A DNA stretch of 40,815 nt from Candidatus Woesebacteria bacterium. GTDB taxonomy: Bacteria; Patescibacteriota; Saccharimonadia; Saccharimonadales; EFPC-124. How positions within the stretch are numbered: the stretch's first letter is position 1; each line of letters begins with the position of its first letter. The notes below the pieces were generated by a model. It saw only the letters and a list, made by a program, of their open reading frames with translations, did no database searches and was not told the DNA's origin. The DNA lies in the NCBI GenBank assembly GCA_050115675.1, contig JASFQB010000001.1, positions 162,616-203,430 of the forward strand, given 5' to 3'. Below are positions 1 through 8,089 of this stretch, piece after piece. Made by a program: the position numbers and the translations under genes.

Positions 1-1085
1 TGCGTGAGCGACGCTTCATTCCTTACAATTTGGACATTTTCTTCGACCTAAAAGCAATTTTTGACCAGTTTGAGAACTGGGCCTCGGCGCGAATTGAAGG
101 TAATCAAACCAGACTTCTTGATGCTGTTGATCCTGGTGTAAGGAGCGAAGTCGTAAAAACCACAGATTATCAAGAGCTTCAAAATTTGCGTGCGGCAACG
201 GCCTTTATTGATGAATATTGCAAAGAGAATAATCAGATCACCAAAGCTTTTATACTTGAGGTGCACAAAATTGTTACACAAAATTTACCGGTTGGCCAGA
301 ACTATCCCGGTGATGATAATCCCGGAGCTTTCCGACATAAAGATGTAGAGATTACGAAATCTTCTCACGTACCCCCATTAGGCGTGAAGGTGGGTGACTA
401 CATGGAGGAGCTAGTAGAATTTGCGAATTATGATGATGGAAAGCAATTCTATCTACTCAAATTGGCAATATTGCATCACCGCTTTACTTGGATACATCCT
501 TTTGGAAATGGCAATGGCCGTTTAGCACGCTTACTAACCTATGCGTCTTTGCAGATGATGGGTTATGGTGCATCAAAGTGGCGAATTATTAATCCTGCGA
601 TTGTCTTCTACACCAACCGCGAACTATATTATAAAAAATTAAGCGTTGCAGACAATGGCTCTGCAGAAGGGCTTTTAGAATGGGCGGATTATTTCCTGGA
701 GGGTTTGCTAAGGGAGACTAACAAAATCGACCGTCTATCAGATGGTCAATATGTAGTAGAGAAAATTATTAAACCCACTTTAAAAGACGCCCTAGAAGCA
801 TCCCGTATTGGTTCTCAAGAGTACGCAATTCTCAAGGCGTCCCTAACCCATCGAGAAGATATGAACATTGTGGCTGGAGATCTAGATTCAATATTGGGAG
901 AGAAAAAAACGCCCGTCTCACGAAGTAGAATTCTTGCAAGTCTGCGTAAAAATGGATTAATCAAGCCCGCTTGGAATAGCAAACAGAAGTACGTCATTCA
1001 ATTGACTTGCCCTGTATTGATCCGTCATCTAGTTTACGTGTTTGAGCAGGAGAATTTTATTAATGAAGACGTTAATAAAATTTAA
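1..1085 (+). CDS. Fic/DOC family protein (probable AMPylase), N-terminus probably outside the window
   Basis: Fic core HPFGNGNGRLAR (nt 495-530) fits H-x-F-x-[D/E]-G-N-G-R-x-x-R with N at the acidic position. S-A-R-I-E-G (nt 84-101) matches the [ST]xxxE[GN] inhibitory-helix motif. The frame is open from nt 3, and the listed ORF starts at a TTG at nt 30. Confidence 0.85.
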   Translation, partial: RERRFIPYNLDIFFDLKAIFDQFENWASARIEGNQTRLLDAVDPGVRSEVVKTTDYQELQNLRAATAFIDEYCKENNQITKAFILEVHKIVTQNLPVGQNYPGDDNPGAFRHKDVEITKSSHVPPLGVKVGDYMEELVEFANYDDGKQFYLLKLAILHHRFTWIHPFGNGNGRLARLLTYASLQMMGYGASKWRIINPAIVFYTNRELYYKKLSVADNGSAEGLLEWADYFLEGLLRETNKIDRLSDGQYVVEKIIKPTLKDALEASRIGSQEYAILKASLTHREDMNIVAGDLDSILGEKKTPVSRSRILASLRKNGLIKPAWNSKQKYVIQLTCPVLIRHLVYVFEQENFINEDVNKI

Positions 1086-1107
1086 GATCAATCCGTTAGA
1101 ATCGGTC

Positions 1108-1638
1108 ATGAAAACACTCAACCTAGAACAATTCAACCAACTTATTGCCTTGGCGCAGCTTAAGCTTCGCTTAAAACGCGAGCTGCGGTTTATCAATAGC
1201 ACCTCAGGCATGACAACTGATGATTGGCATGAGGCAGAGCTATTGTCTATTTCTGATCGCACTGGCAATAAAGGCATATTGCTACTGGCGCCAGACAACG
1301 ACATATTTGTTGTTCCGTACGAGCTGTCAAGAGGAATTGTCAACCGGCAGACTGGACGTGCTCAACCGATTATTTGTGATTTCTGCCGGACATGGCAGAG
1401 CGGAACCAATGCTGCCAGTGTTAGTTTTAGAAAAAACAGGCAGTCGCTTAATAGTGTTGGCTTTTTATGTTGTGGTGATCTGGCGTGCAGTCAGCATGTC
1501 CGTAGCAAAACGCATGTTTCATGCGTCTCAAGGGCGCAGCTTCCTGAAAGTTTAACAAATGAACAGCGTATCGATCGCCTGAAAGGTCGATTGCGGCAGA
1601 TTATTGTTGATCTTGATTTAAAGCCACTAATTGCTTAG
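1108..1638 (+). CDS. FBP domain-containing protein (EF-G-binding-protein-like C-terminal treble-clef zinc finger)
   Basis: ICDFCRTW...NSVGFLCCGDLACSQHVRSK resembles the actinobacterial FBP_C pattern ICSLC...NSVG.Y.C.DLACS.YVRGK. I chose the ATG at 1108, which avoids overlapping the Fic stop at 1085. Confidence 0.65.
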   Translation: MKTLNLEQFNQLIALAQLKLRLKRELRFINSTSGMTTDDWHEAELLSISDRTGNKGILLLAPDNDIFVVPYELSRGIVNRQTGRAQPIICDFCRTWQSGTNAASVSFRKNRQSLNSVGFLCCGDLACSQHVRSKTHVSCVSRAQLPESLTNEQRIDRLKGRLRQIIVDLDLKPLIA

Positions 1639-1694
1639 TCGTTTAGTCAAACAAGTTGTTGTACAATTACTGCAATAACCCTAGCCAACTCAAA

Positions 1695-2102
1695 TTATTC
1701 AATTCCATCGTGCGAGAACAATACGTCTTCTAGTACATGCTCTAGCGCTTTACTTATAAAGTGAATTGCATGGTTTTTTACTTCATTTTTGTTGATCCAC
1801 TTCAAATCATTGCACTTATGTGGCTCGCCAATCTTAGGCTCACCCTGCCATTTTTGAACTAAGAAATAGTAGTCAACATAATCTAGCTCTTTTTCGTGTC
1901 TTTGCATCGTATGTACAAGCTTTAAATCTTTACGATCAATATCTACACATACTTCTTCTTTGGCTTCGCGAACGCATGTGGTTAAAAAAGTTTCGTTGGG
2001 GTCAACGTGGCCCGCTGGTAGGGTGTATTCGCCGTCGCGGTAGCCAGTGCTGTAGTGACGTATCAGGAGTACTTTATTTTCTTGCTCTAGAATTATACAC
2101 AC
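1695..2102 (-). CDS. NUDIX hydrolase
   Basis: Nudix box GHVDPNETFLTTCVREAKEEVCV fits GX5EX7REUXEEXGU. Confidence 0.85.
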   Translation of the reverse strand: MCIILEQENKVLLIRHYSTGYRDGEYTLPAGHVDPNETFLTTCVREAKEEVCVDIDRKDLKLVHTMQRHEKELDYVDYYFLVQKWQGEPKIGEPHKCNDLKWINKNEVKNHAIHFISKALEHVLEDVLFSHDGIE

Positions 2103-2214
2103 TGCTGCACGCAGTTGGTGTCTGGTTTGGTTTATTCTATCTCCTGATGATGTTTTGTGACTAAGAGCAGTATCTTATATGTACGCGTTAAGAGCAAATT
2201 ATGTGCATGTGCAA

Positions 2215-2223
2215 TGCTATAAT
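2215..2223 (+). promoter_or_regulatory. Extended -10 element TGCTATAAT, candidate leaderless promoter
   Basis: TGCTATAAT ends 7 nt before the in-frame ATG at 2231. The 7-nt spacer (cactaaa) has no Shine-Dalgarno. Confidence 0.45.
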
Positions 2224-2230
2224 CACTAAA

Positions 2231-2800
2231 ATGACTACCACAAAGCACAACCTCCCCCTCCACAACCATCCAATCCTACAAACCCCATACATCTGGGGTC
2301 CTGTAACTTCGATGTTTGCCAACACGCCACCTGCTTTTGAGCGGACTGGTAATGTGCATGTTGTGCCGTTTATTGGCGATAATTGCATTTTAATGCACGC
2401 CATACAATCAGGTTGGTCCATGCCCGGTGGAACTCTGCTTCCAAGCGAATCTTTAGAGTCCGCTCTAAAGCGCGAACTTAAAGAAGAAATTGGCGCTAAC
2501 CTACTTAGCTATCAATTTTTTGGTGCCTGGGAGTCAAAATCGTCTTTGGCTGAGCCATACCGTCTGCATCTACCACATCCCGAATTTGCTATAGCGCTTG
2601 GCTGGGCAGATGTGCAAATTGTAGATTCTCCGTCTAGTGATAACGGCGTAGAGATGGAAACAATTACAGAGATTGTAATCTTGCCAGTAGAATCCGCCAT
2701 TGCTCAACTAAAAGCAAATGGCCGCGAGCATCTGGCGGCGGTGTATGAGTTGGCGGCGGGGTGTAGGACTTTATATTATAATGATAAGGTTCTTGCCTAA
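2231..2800 (+). CDS. NUDIX hydrolase
   Basis: Nudix box PGGTLLPSESLESALKRELKEEIGA. Start placed at ATG 2231 (MTTTKHN...) because of the -10 element just upstream. The listed ORF starts at 2201. Confidence 0.8.
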   Translation: MTTTKHNLPLHNHPILQTPYIWGPVTSMFANTPPAFERTGNVHVVPFIGDNCILMHAIQSGWSMPGGTLLPSESLESALKRELKEEIGANLLSYQFFGAWESKSSLAEPYRLHLPHPEFAIALGWADVQIVDSPSSDNGVEMETITEIVILPVESAIAQLKANGREHLAAVYELAAGCRTLYYNDKVLA

Positions 2801-2873
2801 ATTGAGTTCCTCTCGGTCTGCGCGCTAAATAAGAATGCGGCGACCATTGTGAAGCTGCGACAGAATATTATTA

Positions 2874-2879
2874 TATAAT
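2874..2879 (+). promoter_or_regulatory. -10 hexamer TATAAT, candidate leaderless promoter
   Basis: TATAAT ends 7 nt before ATG 2887. The spacer aagctca lacks an SD. Confidence 0.4.
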
Positions 2880-2886
2880 AAGCTCA

Positions 2887-3699
2887 ATGCTCACCAACGA
2901 ACACAAACACTACCCACACCTTACTTTCGACACCATCGATGGTGTAAAAGTAGTTGTCAAAGATATTACACCTGTTGAGACTGAGTTTTTTAGTGTATTC
3001 CCAAATCTTGATTCAGTTTTATACCCAATTGAAATTGCGAGTAGTAAAGCATACTATCCCTTTTGCCCCGACGGCACGATTACTGGTAAACCAAAAGCTA
3101 TCTGGGAACAGGCCGTACGCAACATTGCTCGGCTAAATAACGTTTTTGTTCCGCGTAACCTAGAATACATTCATAGCCTCGGCAAGCAGCACTATACAAC
3201 CAGATTTCAAGAAACACTCAATCTGGCGGCTCAACACAACATTAAATTACCCGAAACCGGACTAGACTTTGTGCAAACAAAAATAAGCCAGCTCAACTTT
3301 GCCGAATGCATAACACATGACGATCTTATTGCATTAAATATTCTTGTTGATAACAACACTGTTAAAATCATTGATTGGGAACACGCCAAACTTAATTTCC
3401 GCGAAAGCGACATCGGTAGACTGCTGGGTGATTTATACTTCGACGCGCCAGAACAAAACAAACATTATTACCCAACATCTTGGCATGACGATTTAGTAAT
3501 TATTTACCTAAAAGAAACCAAAAAGCTAAATCCAAGTTACAATTTGCGCACAGGCGCAGAAAACATCTTATTTGCTGAGCTTTGGAACCATTTGGGAGCT
3601 ATACGGGCAACGCTTAAAAGTGGCGACATTCACAGCGAATGGTTGCGGGCGAATGCTGAGAGTTTTGATGGCTTATGTGCGAAGATAAAGCTTTTATAA
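2887..3699 (+). CDS. Phosphotransferase family protein (APH/choline-kinase-like small-molecule kinase)
   Basis: HDDLIALNILVDNNTVKIIDWEHA contains the kinase catalytic loop HxDxxxxN and the downstream IDWE metal-binding motif typical of APH/ChoK-fold kinases. Confidence 0.7.
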   Translation: MLTNEHKHYPHLTFDTIDGVKVVVKDITPVETEFFSVFPNLDSVLYPIEIASSKAYYPFCPDGTITGKPKAIWEQAVRNIARLNNVFVPRNLEYIHSLGKQHYTTRFQETLNLAAQHNIKLPETGLDFVQTKISQLNFAECITHDDLIALNILVDNNTVKIIDWEHAKLNFRESDIGRLLGDLYFDAPEQNKHYYPTSWHDDLVIIYLKETKKLNPSYNLRTGAENILFAELWNHLGAIRATLKSGDIHSEWLRANAESFDGLCAKIKLL

Positions 3700-3787
3700 T
3701 GCGAGAGTTTCCACTAGCAGAACAACTCTAGGGCTATACATACTAGATTTCTGGTGGGATATAATAAATTGCAAAAGGGAAAAAATT

Positions 3788-4315
3788 ATGCTCGAAGTCG
3801 AACTAGAACTCACATACTTAGCCAAATACCTACCAGAAGGATTGTTTGATTCACCATCAAAAATCATCATAGATAATTATTATCCGCTGGATGGTGGTGG
3901 GCATCCTAAACTGCGTATTCGCAAAAATGGCGACAATTACGTTATAACAAAAAAGATTTCGGTGGATGGTAAAGATTTTTCGCATCAACACGAGCATACA
4001 ATTAAACTTACAGAGCATGAATATAACGACCTAACAAAAACACCTGGCCGCCAAGTAGCCAAACGACGCTATTTTTATCCGTACAATGGTAGGACGGCTG
4101 AGGTAGATGTGTTTTCTGGCGCGTTGGCGGGTTTGGTTTTGGTAGATTTTGAATTTAATGATAGGAAACAGCAGATGGATTTTGTTATGCCGGATTTTTG
4201 CCTGGCAGATGTCACACAAGACGAGATGATTGCCGGTGGGATGCTGGCAGGGAAAGCGTATGCTGATTTGGAGGTGGGGCTAGATATTTATGGGTATAAA
4301 CGATTGGATAGTTAA
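3788..4315 (+). CDS. CYTH domain protein (triphosphate tunnel metalloenzyme)
   Basis: N-terminal acidic strand LEVELELTYL (ExExK-like), LRIRKNGDNYVITKK, and C-terminal AEVDVF...LVLVDFEF are the alternating acidic/basic strands typical of CYTH. SD aaaaggga precedes the ATG. Confidence 0.7.
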   Translation: MLEVELELTYLAKYLPEGLFDSPSKIIIDNYYPLDGGGHPKLRIRKNGDNYVITKKISVDGKDFSHQHEHTIKLTEHEYNDLTKTPGRQVAKRRYFYPYNGRTAEVDVFSGALAGLVLVDFEFNDRKQQMDFVMPDFCLADVTQDEMIAGGMLAGKAYADLEVGLDIYGYKRLDS

Positions 4316-4323
4316 GTAGCCCC

Positions 4324-4728
4324 GTGAAAACAATTGCAAAGGCACTCGTACTTGATGCTGCGGGCAGTATATTGCTGCTTCGTCGTAGTTTGATTCATCC
4401 AAATTATCCGCATCATTTTGATTTTCCTGGTGGTGAGGTGGAGGATGGTGAGGATTTTAACGAAGCTTGCTGCCGGGAGCTGCTGGAAGAGACTGGCATT
4501 GTTGCATGTAAAGAAAATGTGACTAACGTTCATAAAAAACAGGCTACCCCCAATTTACTTCACGTTATTTGCCAGGTTAAACTTTTTAAGCCGCGACCCT
4601 CAGTTGTACTTAGCTGGGAGCATGATGATTTTGTTTGGTTGACTTTAGACGAGTTTTTGAGTAGTTCGGTTCCTAATAGCCCTGATGATTATTATCAGAC
4701 TGTTTTGAACTATCTTCGCTCCTTGTGA
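4324..4728 (+). CDS. NUDIX hydrolase
   Basis: Nudix box PGGEVEDGEDFNEACCRELLEETGI. GTG start lies 8 nt after the CYTH stop. Confidence 0.85.
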   Translation: MKTIAKALVLDAAGSILLLRRSLIHPNYPHHFDFPGGEVEDGEDFNEACCRELLEETGIVACKENVTNVHKKQATPNLLHVICQVKLFKPRPSVVLSWEHDDFVWLTLDEFLSSSVPNSPDDYYQTVLNYLRSL

Positions 4729-4821
4729 TTACAAGTTAGTAAGTTTTATAGTGATAGTTATTTTTTATAAAGTATTTGACGATTTTGGTGTTTATATTTT
4801 GTTAAAGTATTGTAAAGTAGC

Positions 4822-4830
4822 TGCTATAAT
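4822..4830 (+). promoter_or_regulatory. Extended -10 element TGCTATAAT
   Basis: Same 9-mer as at 2215, 11281 and 18556. Here it lies about 140 nt upstream of ATG 4971, which implies a long leader. Confidence 0.4.
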
Positions 4831-4970
4831 ATGTAGTATCCTAAGGTAGCGTACAAGAGGGTTGGTGGCTATGCGAAGAATAATGTAGCCACTTGCCTTC
4901 TTGTGCTTGTGTAAAGCATACTCGTGCCTTACGGGCGGCGAAAGCTGAGAAGCTTAACAAAGGAGTCATT

Positions 4971-5372
4971 ATGATTGAGCCGGCAATTGGTGTTCTATTT
5001 ATTGTGCCTCAACGCGTTGATCGCGAGCCCGTGATTGACGACTTGGCGCGTAAAATGTCTGGTCTGCTTTTGAGGGCTAAGGCCGATGTAGATCTTTCTG
5101 GTATTTATTATGCTGACATGCAACAGTTCTCTCCTCGTATTAGCACTAGGGGCGTGCACTCTTGTTGTTGTGGCGCTTGTAGTACTAATCAGGACTATGT
5201 CATTGGCCGGCTAGAGGGTTGCATCGTAGTTGTGACCAACTGGCTTGCTGTGCATTATTTGGTACATCATCGTTCGAGCGTGACGCAGTCTGATCTGGAT
5301 CTGATTGCTGGCCTTGACGGAAAGCTTGTCGAGCCAACGCCTGATCTTCTGATATCTCCAGCTTCAAGATAA
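4971..5372 (+). CDS. Hypothetical protein (Cys cluster HSCCCGACS)
   Basis: ATG preceded by aaAGGAGtcatt. A strong terminator lies downstream. No family recognised. Confidence 0.55.
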   Translation: MIEPAIGVLFIVPQRVDREPVIDDLARKMSGLLLRAKADVDLSGIYYADMQQFSPRISTRGVHSCCCGACSTNQDYVIGRLEGCIVVVTNWLAVHYLVHHRSSVTQSDLDLIAGLDGKLVEPTPDLLISPASR

Positions 5373-5410
5373 GTCTTGGCGGCTAGAAACTTTAGCCACT
5401 GTGCGTGAAA

Positions 5411-5457
5411 GGCCCGATACCAGCTTAATAAAAGCGGTATCGGGCCTGTAGTTTTTT
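5411..5457. terminator. Bidirectional rho-independent terminator between convergent genes
   Basis: 11-bp stem ggcccgatacc (5411-5421) / ggtatcgggcc (5436-5446), followed by a T6 run at 5452-5457. Confidence 0.75.
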
Positions 5458-5866
5458 ATGCATCAGGTTGAATGCTTCGTAGCCAAGCCAAGAGGTTGTC
5501 TAGCGTTGCGATGGTAGCTTGCTTAAAAGCTTCGTGATCTTCTTTTGTAGCTCCTCGCTTGCCGCGCATGCGCGCAATGTTGTAGGTGTGAAGGGCATCG
5601 TAAAATGGTTTGCGAATGCGACGCAAGTCTGTTTCTACAAGGGCGGGTGCGCCAGTTTCTGTCCATACTGCAATTACGTCGATGTCTGTAACGATGCTTT
5701 GCAGTTTGTCTTGTGTATCAGGACCAGTCTGTTCTAGCTCTTGTCGTGCTCTTTCCATTGAACAAATAGAGTTTGTAATGGCAACCTCGACTCGATCGCG
5801 CAGAGCTAGAGTACTGCTGTTGTCGGGGTATCCTCTAAACAGCTCGTCAAACTTTTGCTGTGCCAT
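5456..5866 (-). CDS. Hypothetical protein
   Basis: Start ATG at 5866 (MAQQKFDELF) is preceded by a GGGAG SD. The longer listed ORF (to 5917) lacks an SD. No family recognised. Confidence 0.5.
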   Translation of the reverse strand: MAQQKFDELFRGYPDNSSTLALRDRVEVAITNSICSMERARQELEQTGPDTQDKLQSIVTDIDVIAVWTETGAPALVETDLRRIRKPFYDALHTYNIARMRGKRGATKEDHEAFKQATIATLDNLLAWLRSIQPDA

Positions 5867-6054
5867 GCTGACTGCTCCCTGGTGTAGATGGCTGATTGAT
5901 ATATTATAACATATCAATCAAATTAATGATAGGTATTATGAGGTTGCTTTTGCGATGAGTTTATGCTAGTTTGTGGTTATTGTCATAAATAGTTCGAGGG
6001 GGTGACGACATAGTATTGCTTTTGTCCGTTGAATTGGCGGTATAAGGGGGAGCT

Positions 6055-6411
6055 ATGTCTAAAACTGACAAAGACCGACCGAATGGTATTCGTTGCGATG
6101 ATACTTATGCGAAGGGGCGGTATATCGAACATCGTCGTTGGCTAGGTTCGTGTGATTATCATCCTCGTAACAATACAATTTTGCATCAGCGGCGTTTTGA
6201 TCCACGCTTTCGTACTGGATGTAGTGGCAGATTGCAATGGCCGCGCTACGACTCTTATCGTTCAAGAAAACGAGATCGTGTTATGATTGAGCGTAGATTC
6301 CGTCGCGCTTGTCGCAAAGCGTTGCGTAATGCTGTTTTGGCGGACGTTGTTGACGATTCTGCAATTTTCTTACCACACCCGAGTTATTATTGTGGCATGA
6401 AGGTACTTTAG
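6055..6411 (+). CDS. Hypothetical Arg-rich basic protein
   Basis: SD aaGGGGGAGct precedes the ATG and a terminator follows directly. Very basic composition (RRFRRACRK, RSRKRDR). Confidence 0.5.
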   Translation: MSKTDKDRPNGIRCDDTYAKGRYIEHRRWLGSCDYHPRNNTILHQRRFDPRFRTGCSGRLQWPRYDSYRSRKRDRVMIERRFRRACRKALRNAVLADVVDDSAIFLPHPSYYCGMKVL

Positions 6412-6418
6412 TGAAAAC

Positions 6419-6445
6419 GCGGCGAAGCTATTCTTCGCCGCTTTT
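6419..6445 (+). terminator. Rho-independent terminator
   Basis: Stem gcggcgaag (6419-6427) / cttcgccgc (6433-6441) followed by TTTT. Confidence 0.7.
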
Positions 6446-6523
6446 AATTTTAAGCGCAAACATATACATTATAATCAGTGGGCGCTAATTCAAAAAAAAT
6501 CAGCAAAATCTGCCAGCTATGCT

Positions 6524-7993
6524 TTGTGGGCAGTGCTGTTGCTGGGTTTTTTGGGCGGGGTGCAGGCTGCGGACCCAATAATATCTTCTATCGCACTGGT
6601 TAGCGCGTCGCAGGAGTTGCATTTTTCGGCAAGTGTTGCAGCTTTGGCCTCGAGTATATCTACGCTGGCGTTGGCGGCAACAGTTATTGCAACTGGGTTG
6701 CTGGCGGACAGGTTGGGGCGCCGTCCTCTGCTGATCGTGGCGCTTGGTACGGCAATATGTGGTGATTTGCTGGTTGCAGCAAGTACAAATGAAATTATGT
6801 ATTTATTGGGGCGGACTGTTGCGGGTATTGGTTTGGGTGCGGTGTTTGCAGCGGCTTTTGCCTATGTGCGCGCGGTGGCGCCAAATCGTATGGGGGCGGC
6901 GTTGGGCCAGTTTACTGCTATGGCTGGGGTGGCTACGCTATTTGGCGGGTTATTTGGCGGTATGATGGTTACTGTCACCTGGCGATTGGCTTATTTAGTA
7001 GTGCCTGTGCTTTGCGCGCTGGGGATTTTGCTTATTCCGTTTGTGCTGCCCAAAGTGGCTCGCGTGCGTGGTGGAAAGATAGATATATTGGGTTTGCTAC
7101 TGATTGCTATTAGCACATCTGGTATTCTGTATGGTGTTTCGCAGGCATCTGACCACAGTTTGACCTCGCCGTTAACTTGGGGACCTGTATTGGGTGGAGT
7201 GATTGCTTTGGCGATGTTTGTTCTAGTGGAATTACGTTCGGCTAATGCTGTATTTCCGATTAAATTGTTTAAAAGCCCAGTATTTACTGCGGCTGCGCTG
7301 GCTGTGTTTGTTTGGAACTTTGCCCAGGCAGTGATTGTGCTGCAAATATCTAACTTGTGGCAATATGTAGAACACTACACACCCACAATGGTTACGCTGG
7401 GTCGGCTGCCGTTAAGTGTTATTGCTATTTTGGCCTCTGTTTTGGTCGGTCGTAGTTTGGCGCGCGGGCGCAGTGCGCGTTCGCAGATTTTGTTTGGTTT
7501 TGGCTGTGTGGCGCTTGGTCTTGCTAGCCTAGCTGTGTTGCCGCTGGGTGCGATGTATTGGGTGTATTTGCCATCGCTGGTGCTGATTGGTTTTGGTTTG
7601 CCGTACGTGGTGGTGACGTCTGGGCAGTTATATATGAGCGAGGCTCCGGCAAAATCTTTTGGACCTGTTACTTCGTCTAAAACCACTGTTGGCCAGTTTG
7701 GTTATGCCATTGGCTTGGCAGGGTCTGTGGTGATGGTTGATGGTCTGGCGGGCGGGGGTATTACGCGTAAGCTTATTGGCGCTGGAGTGCCGCAGTCGCA
7801 AACTGGGCAGGGATTGGACGCGGTTACGGCTTATGTAAACACAGGTGCTCAGCCAGCTACAGATGTTGTCCGCGAGGCACTGCAATCTGCCGCAGGTGCG
7901 TATTTGTCTGCTTTTAGTACTACAATGCTTGCTGTTGCCGTGGTGGCACTTACGATTGGGGTTGTCTCATATTTATTGTTGCGTCATCGTTAA
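6524..7993 (+). CDS. MFS transporter, DHA2-like (about 14 predicted TM segments)
   Basis: Hydrophobic throughout. The MFS loop motif GLLADRLGRRPLL sits between TM2 and TM3, and the length and TM count fit drug:H+ antiporter-2 type. TTG start. Confidence 0.8.
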   Translation: MWAVLLLGFLGGVQAADPIISSIALVSASQELHFSASVAALASSISTLALAATVIATGLLADRLGRRPLLIVALGTAICGDLLVAASTNEIMYLLGRTVAGIGLGAVFAAAFAYVRAVAPNRMGAALGQFTAMAGVATLFGGLFGGMMVTVTWRLAYLVVPVLCALGILLIPFVLPKVARVRGGKIDILGLLLIAISTSGILYGVSQASDHSLTSPLTWGPVLGGVIALAMFVLVELRSANAVFPIKLFKSPVFTAAALAVFVWNFAQAVIVLQISNLWQYVEHYTPTMVTLGRLPLSVIAILASVLVGRSLARGRSARSQILFGFGCVALGLASLAVLPLGAMYWVYLPSLVLIGFGLPYVVVTSGQLYMSEAPAKSFGPVTSSKTTVGQFGYAIGLAGSVVMVDGLAGGGITRKLIGAGVPQSQTGQGLDAVTAYVNTGAQPATDVVREALQSAAGAYLSAFSTTMLAVAVVALTIGVVSYLLLRHR

Positions 7994-8089
7994 CACTTAG
8001 TTTTGCTTGTAGGTATTGTATGTTTTACTGATTATGCTTATAATACTGATTAAGAGATAAAATAAACATACATAAGTGGGGATGGTGTT

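Noticed and set aside
1029-1343. 104-aa minus-strand ORF antisense to the Fic/FBP junction
   Set aside because: It overlaps two recognisable genes, has no SD and has Ser-rich low-information composition.
5519-5909. Plus-strand ORFs (72 and 99 aa) antisense to 5456-5866
   Set aside because: They have no SD, odd Cys/Ser-rich composition and run through the convergent terminator logic. The minus-strand ORF has an SD and a terminator.
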